Positions 39,382 through 50,074 of a stretch of DNA of 64,000 nucleotides are shown here, one piece after another. A model generated the notes under the pieces. That model made no database searches and was not told where the DNA came from. It saw only the letters and a program-made list of their open reading frames with translations. The position numbers and the translations under genes were made by a program. Where the stretch lies: contig OZ220732.1 of the NCBI GenBank assembly GCA_965116905.1, positions 3,424,001 to 3,488,000 on the forward strand. Reading direction: 5' to 3'. Source of the stretch: Longimicrobiales bacterium. GTDB taxonomy: Bacteria; Gemmatimonadota; Gemmatimonadetes; Longimicrobiales; Gaopeijiaceae. The number at the start of each line of letters is the position of its first letter. Positions within the stretch are counted from its first letter, which is position 1.

Positions 39382-42300
39382 ATGGGCCTGGGCGGAATCA
39401 CTGTCAGGCTGTCCGGCATGGCGGATAGCGAGGACGTGACAGACGACAGCGGCCAGTACTCCTTCACGGGATTGCGTGCCGGGACGTACACGGTCGAGAT
39501 CTCGGGCTTCCAGGCCACCGAGGTCAGCTTCTCGAGCACATCGAAGGCTGAGACGGTCGGCGTCGGCGAGTCGAAGGTTGTCAGCTTCGACGGCACGTAT
39601 GTCCGCACGGCGGGCATCCAGGGCCAGGTCACCATTGACGGTACGGGTCTTGAGGGCGTGACCGTGACACTTAGCGGCGAGGGCGAGGATCGCACCGAGA
39701 CCACCAACGCCTCGGGGCAGTACTCGTTCGCGAATCTCAAGAAGGGCACCTACCAGGTCGGGATCACGAACCCGGATCCGGACGACTACGAGTTCCTGGT
39801 CACCTCGAAGAGCCAGACGATCGCGACGGGCGAAGTTGCGAACGTGCCGTTCGAGGGCACGCTGCTGCGGACGGCCGGCATCGCGGGCCGGGTCAGCCTC
39901 GACGACGGCATGGGCCTGGACGACGTGACGGTCACGCTTGCGGGCGCGGCCGAGGCGACGACGATGACGAAGAACGGCGGACAGTACTCGTTCGCGGGTC
40001 TGGCGGCGGGCACGTACGTGCTGAGCATCACCAACCCGGATCCCGTCGCGTACAACTTCGCTGAAGATCAGCTCCAGAGGACGGTCGTGCTGGCGGATGA
40101 CCAGTCGGCGATCGAGAACTTCGAGGGGACACACACCCGGACCGCTTCAATCTCGGGCGTGCTGTTCATCGACGAAGTCGTGCAGAACAAGGAGCACAAC
40201 GAGGGCGAGCCCTCGATCACCGCAGCGATCGCGCCGCTGGTGGCAGCCGGCGCGCTGGACGCGGAGGTCGTAGCCGGCCTGCTGGCCAAGGCGAAGGTGA
40301 AAATGCGGGGTCCGGATCTCGCCGACCCGCCGGTAGACATCGCCATCATGCCGGACGGCACGTTCTCGACGGGCGACGCCCTGATGGCCGGGTCGTACCA
40401 GCTCGAGCTGCCGGTCAACGACGATGACGTCGCGGCCGGGCTGGCCGCGGCCGGCGTTGCGTTCGTCGGCGAGTCGGAGGTGGTGACGGTTGCAGCCGGC
40501 GGCAGCGAGATGGTCAACTTCCCGTTCCGGATCACGATGCAGACGATCAGCGTCGGCGCGGTGATGGGGAACAGAGAAGAGATCACCGATCCGCCGTTGC
40601 CGGTTTCGGACGTCGACCTCGAGCTGTATCCCACGGCCGAGGATGCGGAAGACGGAACGAACATGCTGGGTGAGGGAACCACCGCCGGCCTGATGGACGA
40701 GGGCGGCATTCCAGGCATGGCCGTGTTCTCCTTCGCGCGGGCCGAAGACACCAACCCGGCCGGCGACGCCACCGACAACCTGGTATTCGTGAAGGTCGTG
40801 GGCCATCACGACGACCTGTCGGTCTCCGACAACCCGATCATCGAGATCGAGTATCCAGGCGTGTCGCGCCTGCATGCCGCACCTGCGCATGTCCGGTTGC
40901 TCAACACCGCGGTGAGATTCCAGTTCTGGGTCAAGAGCGACGCGGACGCCCGTAGCGGTGACATGCCGCTGGAGGGCTGGCACACGGTCGTGACCATGGG
41001 CGAGAGCGAAGATGCGCTGATGAAGCCCGATCCCGACGACGCCACCATGATGGTGAACCTCACCGACCCGACCGAGGGCGACGAGGACGACGAGGAGATG
41101 GGTAAGGCGACGGTCTCCTACTCGGTCGACACGGACGATCTGCCGGCCACCTTCACGGTCACGGTCACACCGGACTCGGACGACTTTGCACAGCCGATGG
41201 CGATGGGCGAGACGTGGGAAGAGGTCGGCGCCGACCGGCTGATGCACACGCACACCGGGTTCGAGCTTCCGGCGACGAACACGCACGAGATGAACGACCT
41301 GGGTCCGACCTACGTCACGTTCACCACGCAGAAGCTGACGGTCGGCGCGTACCGCGAAGCCGACGACGAGCCCGGCTTCACGGACTTCCAGAGCCGGGTC
41401 TCGGAGGGTGACCACCGGCCAGCCGCTGGTGTAGGACTGGAGGTATCAGTCATGGTCGAGGCGACGGGCCGCAGAGGCCTCGAGGTCTACGACGCGTGGG
41501 ACCACGACGACGATCCCGACACGGATCCCATCGACGCCACGCTGGCCCTCTCGGGCGGTATGGCCACGTTCGCCAACCTGCCGGCGGACATGGACTTCAC
41601 GGTCCAGTTCTCGGAAGGCAGCAACCGCGTTGCGGTCGGCGGTCCGGACAGTCGGAGCGACCGCGTACAGGCGTTCGGCGAGGACCTTGAGCTGGGCACG
41701 TCGGTCGGCGCGTTCGGCGACATGAGCGGCGCGGGTCCCGAAGTGAAGCTCTGCCCGCTCACGACGGACTCACGACCCTTGAGCCTGGGTGCCGAAGACA
41801 GCGCCTGCGCGACATTCGCTTACCAGTGGACGACCGGGACGATCACCGGGGAAGTTACCGCCAGTGGCGGAAGGGAACTCGGCGAGGATCTCGATGTCAC
41901 GATCACTGCGGACACGGACGTGCACAGCGAGGCGCCGCGCGACACCGATACGGACGGCACCTTCGGTTTCTCTGGTGTCCAAGACGGGAGCTACACGATC
42001 TCGGTGATCTCCTCGGACAATTGGACGGTCACCCCGAAGACCGTCCGGGTGGATGTCTACCACGACGAGTTCGAGGACGATGACGACCCCGACACGAAGT
42101 ACGTCGGTACGGCCGGAAGCGATAATGCCGGCTTCTCGGCCACGAAGATGCGCCTTGCGATCAAGGGGTACGTGGCGAACGTCGGGCACGAGCCCGCGCC
42201 AGGCGGCGTCGTGAGGGGTGACGAGACCTTCCCGGGTGCGATGCTGGAGCTCAGGGAATACGACCCGGACTCGGAGTCGAAGACGATCAAGGCGAAGGGC

Positions 42301-43868
42301 GGCGTCATCGCCACGGCCGAAGTCGGCGACGACGGCATGTACGAGTTCACCGACCTCACGGAAGGCGACTACACGATCATCGCGAAGAACACCGATGACT
42401 ACGAGATGTACCACGTAGGGCCGGACCAGCACTACAAGAACAACGTTTCCGCCCAGACCTACGACGACGTTCTTGAGCAGGATCTGATGCTGCCGGGTTG
42501 GGACTACGCGGCGAGCACTGTCTCGAATTCCACCGATCCCCACGACAATAGCGCGACAGGCGGAAATGTCTTCACGTTCTATAACTTCGCGCTGTTGCAC
42601 GGAGACGGCGAGTTCGCCGGCCGTGTGAGGGAAGCGCGCGGGCAGCCGGGCGGCATCGCCGTGGTGGTTGACCGTTGCGTGACGTACACGGAGCCGGACG
42701 ACGGCCCGCCGGAGGTTCCCGAGTCCTGCCGCCCGGACGGCGACTTCGACATGCAGACCACGAACGCGTCGAATTCAGGTTCCTGGAGTGTAGGGAGCCT
42801 CCGCGAGGGCTATTACGTGGTGGATATCGCCGGGAACGCGTACCGCCAGGCCAGATACGACCACCGCGGCAGGATCGACGACGACGCGATCGACTGCAGC
42901 GGCACTGGTGTAGTCGACGCGAACAATGCGCGAGCGGATGTCGGCTGCGACGAGGTCGGGACGGATGTATCATACGGCCTGCTTCAAGGCAAACAGGCCT
43001 TCAACCGTGGCGGCGTCACGTTCTACTTCTACAACAGGCTGCTGGACACCGCGGACGAGTTGATCGGACTCGAAGTGGAGGGAACGCCGGATCCCGATTC
43101 CGTGGACATCGATATCGCGGAAGACCAGTGGACCCTTCCAACCGGTCCGAACGACGGCACCACGTCAGCGCTCGGGGCAGGTACGAGTAATGTCGGCATG
43201 CGGCAGATCACATTTGCATCGGCCAGCGTGACAGTCGACGCCGACGTCTCAGATAACGCGAGCTATCTCGTCCTCAGTAACACGGGAACAGATGACGGGC
43301 CTGTTGGCCACTCCAGCGGCACGGTACCATCCGTTCCAAACGAGATAACAAGGAGACGACGCTCGCCGGTAAGACGGCAGAGTCGGACACGGTGCAGATC
43401 ACGGTCAGAGTCGTAGCAGAAAACGGCTACCACGACCACGATTACACGTTCGACGTGGAGCGTGCAGCGCCGGTGGACAACAACCTCGCCCTGCTAACGG
43501 CCAATGGAAACCGGAGCGGTAGCGGCAATGCCATCGTCATCGCTGCATCCGATCCCAGCCCCTGCGACCCCGCAAACGCAACTGGTTTGGGCGAGAACTG
43601 TGACGAGTACCGGGCGACGGTTCCGACCGGCACCGGTACTGTCTACCTGTTTGCCACTACGAAGGTCGGCCAGACGGGCATCGAGGTGGTGTCGGACGGC
43701 AGCGTGATCTCAGCCGAGTCCCGGCACACGAACGATGCGGCGAACGCAAGCGTCTACAAGATCACGGTTCCGGCGACCGGCGTCGTCAACAAGACGGCGA
43801 CGATCGAAGTCACCTCGGAAGACGGAGTGGTAAAGACGTACTACATCACGCTGAATCGCTCCGCGTAG
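39382..43868 (+). CDS. Giant surface protein copy B: 5'-truncated (no signal peptide or first domain), one frameshift near 43310-43345; putative silent cassette
   Basis: Homology to copy C starts abruptly at ENMGL. ORF 43392..43868 supplies the C-terminus (VRVVAENGY matches copy C VRVVAQNGY). Confidence 0.8.
39696..40856 (+). repeat. 1161-bp inverted repeat, partner 47031..48191
   Basis: Translations identical except one Q/P change; DNA spot-checks identical including synonymous sites; equal lengths. Confidence 0.9.
41306..41572 (+). repeat. 267-bp inverted repeat, partner 46303..46569
   Basis: Read as identical by eye; equal lengths. Confidence 0.88.
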
Positions 43869-43928
43869 TAGTGGATGATCGATTCAGTGCCTGGCTTGAC
43901 TCACTGAGTTGAGTGAGGCCAAGCGAGG

Positions 43929-43969
43929 GGGTCGCCCCCCGTCCGGCGAACCCGGACGGGGGGCGACCC
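43929..43969. terminator. Strong hairpin between convergent copies B and C
   Basis: GGGTCGCCCCCCGTCCGG-CGAAC-CCGGACGGGGGGCGACCC; related to the hairpin after copy A. Confidence 0.7.
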
Positions 43970-44020
43970 GTTACTGCCCGCGGCTTCTGAAGAAGCCGGC
44001 TGGAGTGAGTACTCAAGACA

Positions 44021-47000
44021 CTAGCGGTGCAACGCGACCTCGATGGTGAACTCCCTCCCATCCTCCGAGGTATTCGTGATCGTGACGCGCTGACCCTGCA
44101 GCGATCCCGTCCGGGCGATCGTGATCCGGTAGTCGTGCGCCTGAGCACTCTGACCACCCAGGGCAGCCATGCGGTCGACGGCGTTGCCGTTGTGCATGAC
44201 GGTCAGATCTCCCTGGCCTGCCTTCTGGAATACCCTGATATACGCCGACATGGTGTTACCCGTACCGCCACCCGGGGGAACGGTTACCGTGTACTCGTCC
44301 TCAGCGCCCGCCAAGGCGGGGGCGAAGACCCCGTCGGTTCCTGCCCGTGTGGTTCCTACGGTCAGGCCACCGCTTCCGACATCCACCTGAGCGTCCACCG
44401 GAGCAGTCCGGGTCACAATGAAGCTGAAGTTCGTGTCGTTGTAGCCATTTTGCGCAACGACTCTGACGGACACGGTGTTTTCAACGTCCCCGGCGTTCGA
44501 ACCGTCGGTGGTGCTTGTTCTGTGGGCCCCCAGTGCGAGTGTGACCTCGTCACCGTCACCGCCGCTAGCGCCGGAAACGGTCACGTCCGCTCCACCGGTA
44601 CCAATCGGAGCCTCGACCTCGACCTCGAACGTGGCGTTCGCCGGGATGTCCGGCGTGATCTTGATGCCACCGGATGCCCACGTAATCGTGTGTAGACTGT
44701 TACCTGGACCGGCACCGTCGGCGACATCCCCAGCCGGCAGAGTGCTCAGCGTGACTTCGCCAGCATTGATGGTCGCCTGGCTCGAGGCGTCCGTGCCCTT
44801 GATCTCGAGATCGCTCGCGTCGGCGTCGGCGTCCAACGTCCGGTTGTAGACGTAGAACGTGGCCCCGCCACGGTTGAAGGCGCGCTTGCCTTCCAGCAAC
44901 CCGTACATGTCGGTCGTCCGGACCTGGTCACAGTTGGCGTCGGCACCGGCCGTACCCTCGCAGTTGTCCGCGTCATCGTCGATGCCGTTGGTCGCATCCC
45001 ACTTCGCACGGTTGTACGTCGTCGCGGCGATGTTCGCTACGTAGTAGCCCTCGCGGAGGCTGGTGATGTCCCACCTGCCGGAACCGCTTGCGCTCGTGCT
45101 CTGCGCGTCGAAGGCGACTTCCTCGCGGCAGCTCTCGGCAGTGTCGTCCGTGTCGTCGCCCGGCGTGTCGTTGTCGTCAAAAGCCGTGTACGTCAGGCAC
45201 CGCCTCAACTCGACCGCGATGCCGCCCGGATCACGGCGTGCCTCTACGACGCGGCCGGAGAACTCGCCGTCCCCGTGCAGCAACGCGAAGTTGCGGAACG
45301 TGTAGGTCGGCGACGCTGCATTGGTCGGATCGAGCGGGTGCGGGCCGCTGGCAAGCTGCATCCCCTCGCTCTCCATATAGTCCCAGTACGGCAGCGTCAG
45401 ACTTGCCTCGCCGGGGTCCCCGTAGACCTGTGCGGGAACATTGTTTATGTAGTAGACATCCGGCCCCGTGGTCAGCATCTCGTAGTCGTCGGTGTTCTTC
45501 GCGACGATCACGTAGGTGCCGTCGTCGTCGAGGTCGTCGAACGAGTAGAGTCCGTCCGCGCCGACCATGGTGGTCGCCAGGACCGGCCCGGTCTTCTTGA
45601 TCTTCACCGTGGCAGCAGCGTTCGGGTTGTACGCATAGAGCTCCAACTCGGCGTCTTCATACGTCTCGTCGCCGCGCACGACATCGTTCGTTTCGTGCGA
45701 GATGTTCGCCGCGTACCCTCTGATCGAGAGGCGCAGCCTCGTTGCGGAGAAGTCGGCGGTACCAGTGTCGGGATTGCCGAAGATATTGTCGTCTGGATCG
45801 TCATCGTCGGTCTCGTCGTGGTAGACGGAAACCCTTACGCCGTCGTCAGGCACGACCCTGTAGTCATCCGAAGAAGCCATGGTGACCGTGTAGACACCGT
45901 CCTGGACGCCGCTGACGCTGAACTCGCCGTCGTCGTCCGTTTCGGTCGGGCGCGGCGCTTCGCTGTGCACGTCGGTTTCCGCCTCAATGTCGACATCCAG
46001 ATCCTCGATGTCCCTGTCGAGACTGCCTTCGATCGTCCCCGTGTTCCACTGGTAGGCGAACGTCGCACAGTCGCTGTCGTCGTCGCCCAGGCTGGAGGGC
46101 CGCATGTCCGTCGTGAGCGGGCAGAGCTTCACTTCGGGGCCCGCGCCGCTCATGTCGCCGAACGCGCCGACCGACGTGCCCAACTCAAGGTCGGCGCCAA
46201 ACGTCTGGACCCGGTCGCTCCGGCTGTCCGGACCGCCGACCGCAACGCGGTTGCTGCCCTCATTGAACTGGACCGTGAAGTCCATGTCGGCCGGGAGGTT
46301 GCCGAACGTGGCCATACCGCCCGAGAGGGCCAGCGTGGCGTCGATGGGATCCGTGTCGGGATCGTCGTCGTGGTCCCACGCGTCGTAGACCTCGAGGCCT
46401 CTGCGGCCCGTCGCCTCGACCATGACTGATACCTCCAGTCCTACACCAGCGGCTGGCCGGTGGTCACCCTCCGAGACCCGGCTCTGGAAGTCCGTGAAGC
46501 CGGGCTCGTCGTCGGCTTCGCGGTACGCGCCGACCGTCAGCTTCTGCGTGGTGAACGTGACGTAGGTCGCCATCAGGTCGTTTGCCTCATGCGTGTTCAG
46601 CGCCGGCAGCTCGAACCCGGTGTGGATGTGCATCAGGCGGTCATCGCCGACCTCTTCCCACGTCTCGCCCTTCGCCATCGGCTGTGCAAAGTCGTCCGAG
46701 TCCGGTGTGACCACCACCGTGAAGACGGCAGGCAGATCGTCCGTGTCGACCGAGTATGAGACCATTGCCCGGCCCAGCTCCTCGTCGTCTTCCTCGTCAC
46801 CCTCGGTCGGGTCGGTGAGGTTCACCATCTTGGTGGCGTCCTCCGGGTCGGGCTTCATCAGCGGCTCGGAGTCGTCCGTGATCTCGCCCATGAACACTAG
46901 CGTGTGCCAGCCTTCGAGAGGCATGTCGCCACTGCGGGCTTCCATGTCGCTCTTGACCCAGAACTGGAATCTCACCGCGGTGTTGAGCAGCCGGACATGC

Positions 47001-48892
47001 GCAGGCGCTGCATGTAGGCGCGACACACCGGGATACTCGATCTCGATGATCGGGTTGTCGGAGACCGACAGGTCGTCGTGATGGCCCACGACCTTCACGA
47101 ATACCAGGTTGTCGGTGGCGTCGCCGGCCGGGTTGGTGTCTTCGGCCCGCGCGAAGGAGAACACGGCCATGCCTGGAATGCCGCCCTCGTCCATCAGGCC
47201 GGCGGTGGTTCCCTCACCCAGCATGTTCGTTCCGTCTTCCGCATCCTCGGCCGTGGGATACAGCTCGAGGTCGACGTCCGAAACCGGCAACGGCGGATCG
47301 GTGATCTCTTCTCTGTTCCCCATCACCGCGCCGACGCTGATCGTCTGCATCGTGATCCGGAACGGGAAGTTGACCATCTCGCTGCCGCCGGCTGCAACCG
47401 TCACCACCTCCGACTCGCCGACGAACGCAACGCCGGCCGCGGCCAGCCCGGCCGCGACGTCATCGTCGTTGACCGGCAGCTCGAGCTGGTACGACCCGGC
47501 CATCAGGGCGTCGCCCGTCGAGAACGTGCCGTCCGGCATGATGGCGATGTCTACCGGCGGGTCGGCGAGATCCGGACCCCGCATTTTCACCTTCGCCTTG
47601 GCCAGCAGGCCGGCTACGACCTCCGCGTCCAGCGCGCCGGCTGCCACCAGCGGCGCGATCGCTGCGGTGATCGAGGGCTCGCCCTCGTTGTGCTCCTTGT
47701 TCGGCACGACTTCGTCGATGAACAGCACGCCCGAGATTGAAGCGGTCCGGGTGTGTGTCCCCTCGAAGTTCTCGATCGCCGACTGGTCATCCGCCAGCAC
47801 GACCGTCCTCTGGAGCTGATCTTCAGCGAAGTTGTACGCGACGGGATCCGGGTTGGTGATGCTCAGCACGTACGTGCCCGCCGCCAGACCCGCGAACGAG
47901 TACTGTCCGCCGTTCTTCGTCATCGTCGTCGCCTCGGCCGCGCCCGCAAGCGTGACCGTCACGTCGTCCAGGCCCATGCCGTCGTCGAGGCTGACCCGGC
48001 CCGCGATGCCGGCCGTCCGCAGCAGCGTGCCCTCGAACGGCACGTTCGCAACTTCGCCCGTCGCGATCGTCTGGCTCTTCGAGGTGACCAGGAACTCGTA
48101 GTCGTCCGGATCCGGGTTCGTGATCCCGACCTGGTAGGTGCCCTTCTTGAGATTCGCGAACGAGTACTGCCCCGAGGCGTTGGTGGTCTCGCTGCGGTCC
48201 TCGCCCTCGCCCAACAGCGTCACCCTCACGCCCGGAAGGCCCTCGCCGTCCACGCTCACCTGGCCCTGGATCCCCGCGGTGCGGACATAGGTGCCGTCGA
48301 AGCTGACGACCTTCGTCTCGCCCACGCCGACCGTCGCGGCGCCCGAGGTGCTCGAGAAGCTGACCTCGGTGTCCGGGAACCCCGAGATCTCCACCGAATA
48401 CGTGCCACCACGCAGCGCATCGAACTTGTAGACGCCGTCGTTGTCGGTGGTCATTTCGGCGTCCGCCATGCCCGAAAGCCTGACAGTGACGCCCGGGAGA
48501 CCCATTTTCTCTACCGTTACCGTCCCCATAATGGCTGCGGTGCGGATATAGGTGCCGCGGAAGTCCACGGTGACCGTCCCGCCGGTGTCGCCTATGCTGG
48601 CGGGAGCTGAGGTTGCATCGAAGCTGGCGTCCGCGGGGTATCCGCTGATCGTGACCGTGTAGGAGCCCTGCTCCACATTGTCAAAGCGGTAGTTCCCGCC
48701 ACCAGCCGTGGCAGTGGAGGCCCCGTTGCTAAGGGAGACGGAGATTCCGTCGACCCCCATGCCCTCGATCGACACCTGGCCCACGATGGAGCCCGTCGGC
48801 GGAGGAGGCATGACGTCCTCTCCGCACGCGGCGATGATCGGGAGCACCAGCAACGTTGCCGCCGCCAAGTACTTTCTGAGACTGTCTCTCAT
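44021..48892 (-). CDS. Giant acidic surface lipoprotein copy C (complete; possibly S-layer-like or adhesin)
   Basis: AAAGGA RBS, MRDSLRKYLAAATLLVLPIIAAC lipobox, repeated carboxypeptidase-regulatory-like domains, cadherin-like end. Confidence 0.9.
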   Translation of the reverse strand: MRDSLRKYLAAATLLVLPIIAACGEDVMPPPPTGSIVGQVSIEGMGVDGISVSLSNGASTATAGGGNYRFDNVEQGSYTVTISGYPADASFDATSAPASIGDTGGTVTVDFRGTYIRTAAIMGTVTVEKMGLPGVTVRLSGMADAEMTTDNDGVYKFDALRGGTYSVEISGFPDTEVSFSSTSGAATVGVGETKVVSFDGTYVRTAGIQGQVSVDGEGLPGVRVTLLGEGEDRSETTNASGQYSFANLKKGTYQVGITNPDPDDYEFLVTSKSQTIATGEVANVPFEGTLLRTAGIAGRVSLDDGMGLDDVTVTLAGAAEATTMTKNGGQYSFAGLAAGTYVLSITNPDPVAYNFAEDQLQRTVVLADDQSAIENFEGTHTRTASISGVLFIDEVVPNKEHNEGEPSITAAIAPLVAAGALDAEVVAGLLAKAKVKMRGPDLADPPVDIAIMPDGTFSTGDALMAGSYQLELPVNDDDVAAGLAAAGVAFVGESEVVTVAAGGSEMVNFPFRITMQTISVGAVMGNREEITDPPLPVSDVDLELYPTAEDAEDGTNMLGEGTTAGLMDEGGIPGMAVFSFARAEDTNPAGDATDNLVFVKVVGHHDDLSVSDNPIIEIEYPGVSRLHAAPAHVRLLNTAVRFQFWVKSDMEARSGDMPLEGWHTLVFMGEITDDSEPLMKPDPEDATKMVNLTDPTEGDEEDDEELGRAMVSYSVDTDDLPAVFTVVVTPDSDDFAQPMAKGETWEEVGDDRLMHIHTGFELPALNTHEANDLMATYVTFTTQKLTVGAYREADDEPGFTDFQSRVSEGDHRPAAGVGLEVSVMVEATGRRGLEVYDAWDHDDDPDTDPIDATLALSGGMATFGNLPADMDFTVQFNEGSNRVAVGGPDSRSDRVQTFGADLELGTSVGAFGDMSGAGPEVKLCPLTTDMRPSSLGDDDSDCATFAYQWNTGTIEGSLDRDIEDLDVDIEAETDVHSEAPRPTETDDDGEFSVSGVQDGVYTVTMASSDDYRVVPDDGVRVSVYHDETDDDDPDDNIFGNPDTGTADFSATRLRLSIRGYAANISHETNDVVRGDETYEDAELELYAYNPNAAATVKIKKTGPVLATTMVGADGLYSFDDLDDDGTYVIVAKNTDDYEMLTTGPDVYYINNVPAQVYGDPGEASLTLPYWDYMESEGMQLASGPHPLDPTNAASPTYTFRNFALLHGDGEFSGRVVEARRDPGGIAVELRRCLTYTAFDDNDTPGDDTDDTAESCREEVAFDAQSTSASGSGRWDITSLREGYYVANIAATTYNRAKWDATNGIDDDADNCEGTAGADANCDQVRTTDMYGLLEGKRAFNRGGATFYVYNRTLDADADASDLEIKGTDASSQATINAGEVTLSTLPAGDVADGAGPGNSLHTITWASGGIKITPDIPANATFEVEVEAPIGTGGADVTVSGASGGDGDEVTLALGAHRTSTTDGSNAGDVENTVSVRVVAQNGYNDTNFSFIVTRTAPVDAQVDVGSGGLTVGTTRAGTDGVFAPALAGAEDEYTVTVPPGGGTGNTMSAYIRVFQKAGQGDLTVMHNGNAVDRMAALGGQSAQAHDYRITIARTGSLQGQRVTITNTSEDGREFTIEVALHR

Positions 48893-49051
48893 TCCACTGT
48901 CCTTTCGGTAGGAATGGGGAAAATCGGCCCGTACCGGCCACCGGCGACTCGCCGGTGGGTCCACTGCGGACCGGAGGTCTATGTTCACGTCCTGGCCTCG
49001 CGAATCGAGGGGACGGTAGAAAAGGGGATTGCTCATGCCCGTTTTCCTTGC

Positions 49052-49067
49052 GCAAGCAGCGTGCCAA
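49052..49067 (-). promoter_or_regulatory. Sigma54-type -24/-12 promoter of copy C
   Basis: Minus strand TTGGCACGCTGCTTGC = TGGCAC-N5-TTGC, about 160 nt upstream of the start. Confidence 0.7.
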
Positions 49068-49311
49068 CCTGCCAGACCCCGAAATGGGGCGAAAACGGCC
49101 TCTCAAGGGTGGTTCGGCCTGCATGAGGGTCGGTTTTTGGGACGTCGGCGTCAGATTCCCGACCGCTGAGGGCGTAACCGGCCCCCAAACCGTGGCAATA
49201 ACCCCCCGGGAATCTGGAAATCGCGTGGCTCACATGTGTGCGCGCCCGCAGGCGCGCGTGCGCGTTCGGGTTAAATGTGTCCCCCATAGTACGCCAAAGT
49301 CTCGCCCATGG

Positions 49312-49337
49312 CCATAGGGACACACCATAGGGACACA
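49312..49337. repeat. CCATAGGGACACA x2 (candidate integrase arm-type sites)
   Basis: Exact 13-bp tandem pair next to the tRNA fragment; inverted TGTGTCCC at 49276. Confidence 0.55.
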
Positions 49338-49354
49338 TCCATCCGAGGGCCGTC

Positions 49355-49393
49355 CAATGGGCGCTGACGGATTCGAACCGCCGGGCGCTCTGA
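49355..49393 (-). repeat. Duplicate of tRNA-Val 3' end (att-like)
   Basis: 49355-49383 is identical to 57064-57092 (29 bp), followed by GGCGCTCTGA, which also matches the tRNA after a 19-nt gap. Confidence 0.85.
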
Positions 49394-49729
49394 TGTTCGG
49401 TCAAGCCCACAGTACAACGGAGCCGGCGTGCTTACGCGGCTGACCTCTAGTCCATCCGATAACCTCGCAAGGCGCTGCGCCAGTCTGCGTCTTCCTCGTC
49501 GCCGGACTGCATCGCGAGTTCCTCCGGGTCGGGAAGGCCAGGAATGACAAGAGACGTTAGCACGCGCCCGAAGCGACCCAAGGCGATAGCGTCCTCTTCG
49601 AGCTCCAAAGCGGGAGGAGCACCCTCAAACCATTCACATACCAACCCGCTGTCCGATGCGCTCGGGGTCCTACGGTATCCAGTTCGGGCGCGGATAAGCC
49701 AACGCCGCATTTCCATGGAAACCCGACGA

Positions 49730-49990
49730 ATGACCGGTCGGCGAACCCTCGCAATCGCAGCAGCCGCCGTGACGGCCGTCCTGTGGGCCTACGCGTGCGG
49801 GGACGGGGGCACCGAACCGATCACGCCGCCTCCCGATCCGCCCCGGCCGGCGACGGTGACCGTCACCCCGGCGACGGCTACGCTGGGGGCGCTGGACGAG
49901 ACCGTCCAGCTAAGGGCTGAGGTGCGGGACCAGAACGGTAAGGTAATGGCGGTGGCCGGCACCGCGTGGTCCAGCAGCGACGCTTCGGTG
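49730..49990 (+). pseudogene. Truncated Big_2 lipoprotein
   Basis: AYACGDGGTEP...VRDQNG...WSSSDASV parallels the N-terminus of the 11041..12354 protein, then similarity stops. Confidence 0.7.
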
Positions 49991-50074
49991 GAGCGGTCTC
50001 GCGGAACGCCCGGAGGTCTGAACCCGAGAAGGATCGAGGTGTGCGGGATCGATCTCTCGTCCCGAACGCGCCGC

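Noticed and set aside
39382..48892. Diversity-generating retroelement or invertase-driven shufflon
   Set aside because: No reverse transcriptase, no adenine-specific TR/VR pair, and no adjacent recombinase or short crossover sites seen
49447..49716. 89-aa minus-strand ORF next to the att remnant
   Set aside because: No recognisable motif or RBS; possibly a gene fragment
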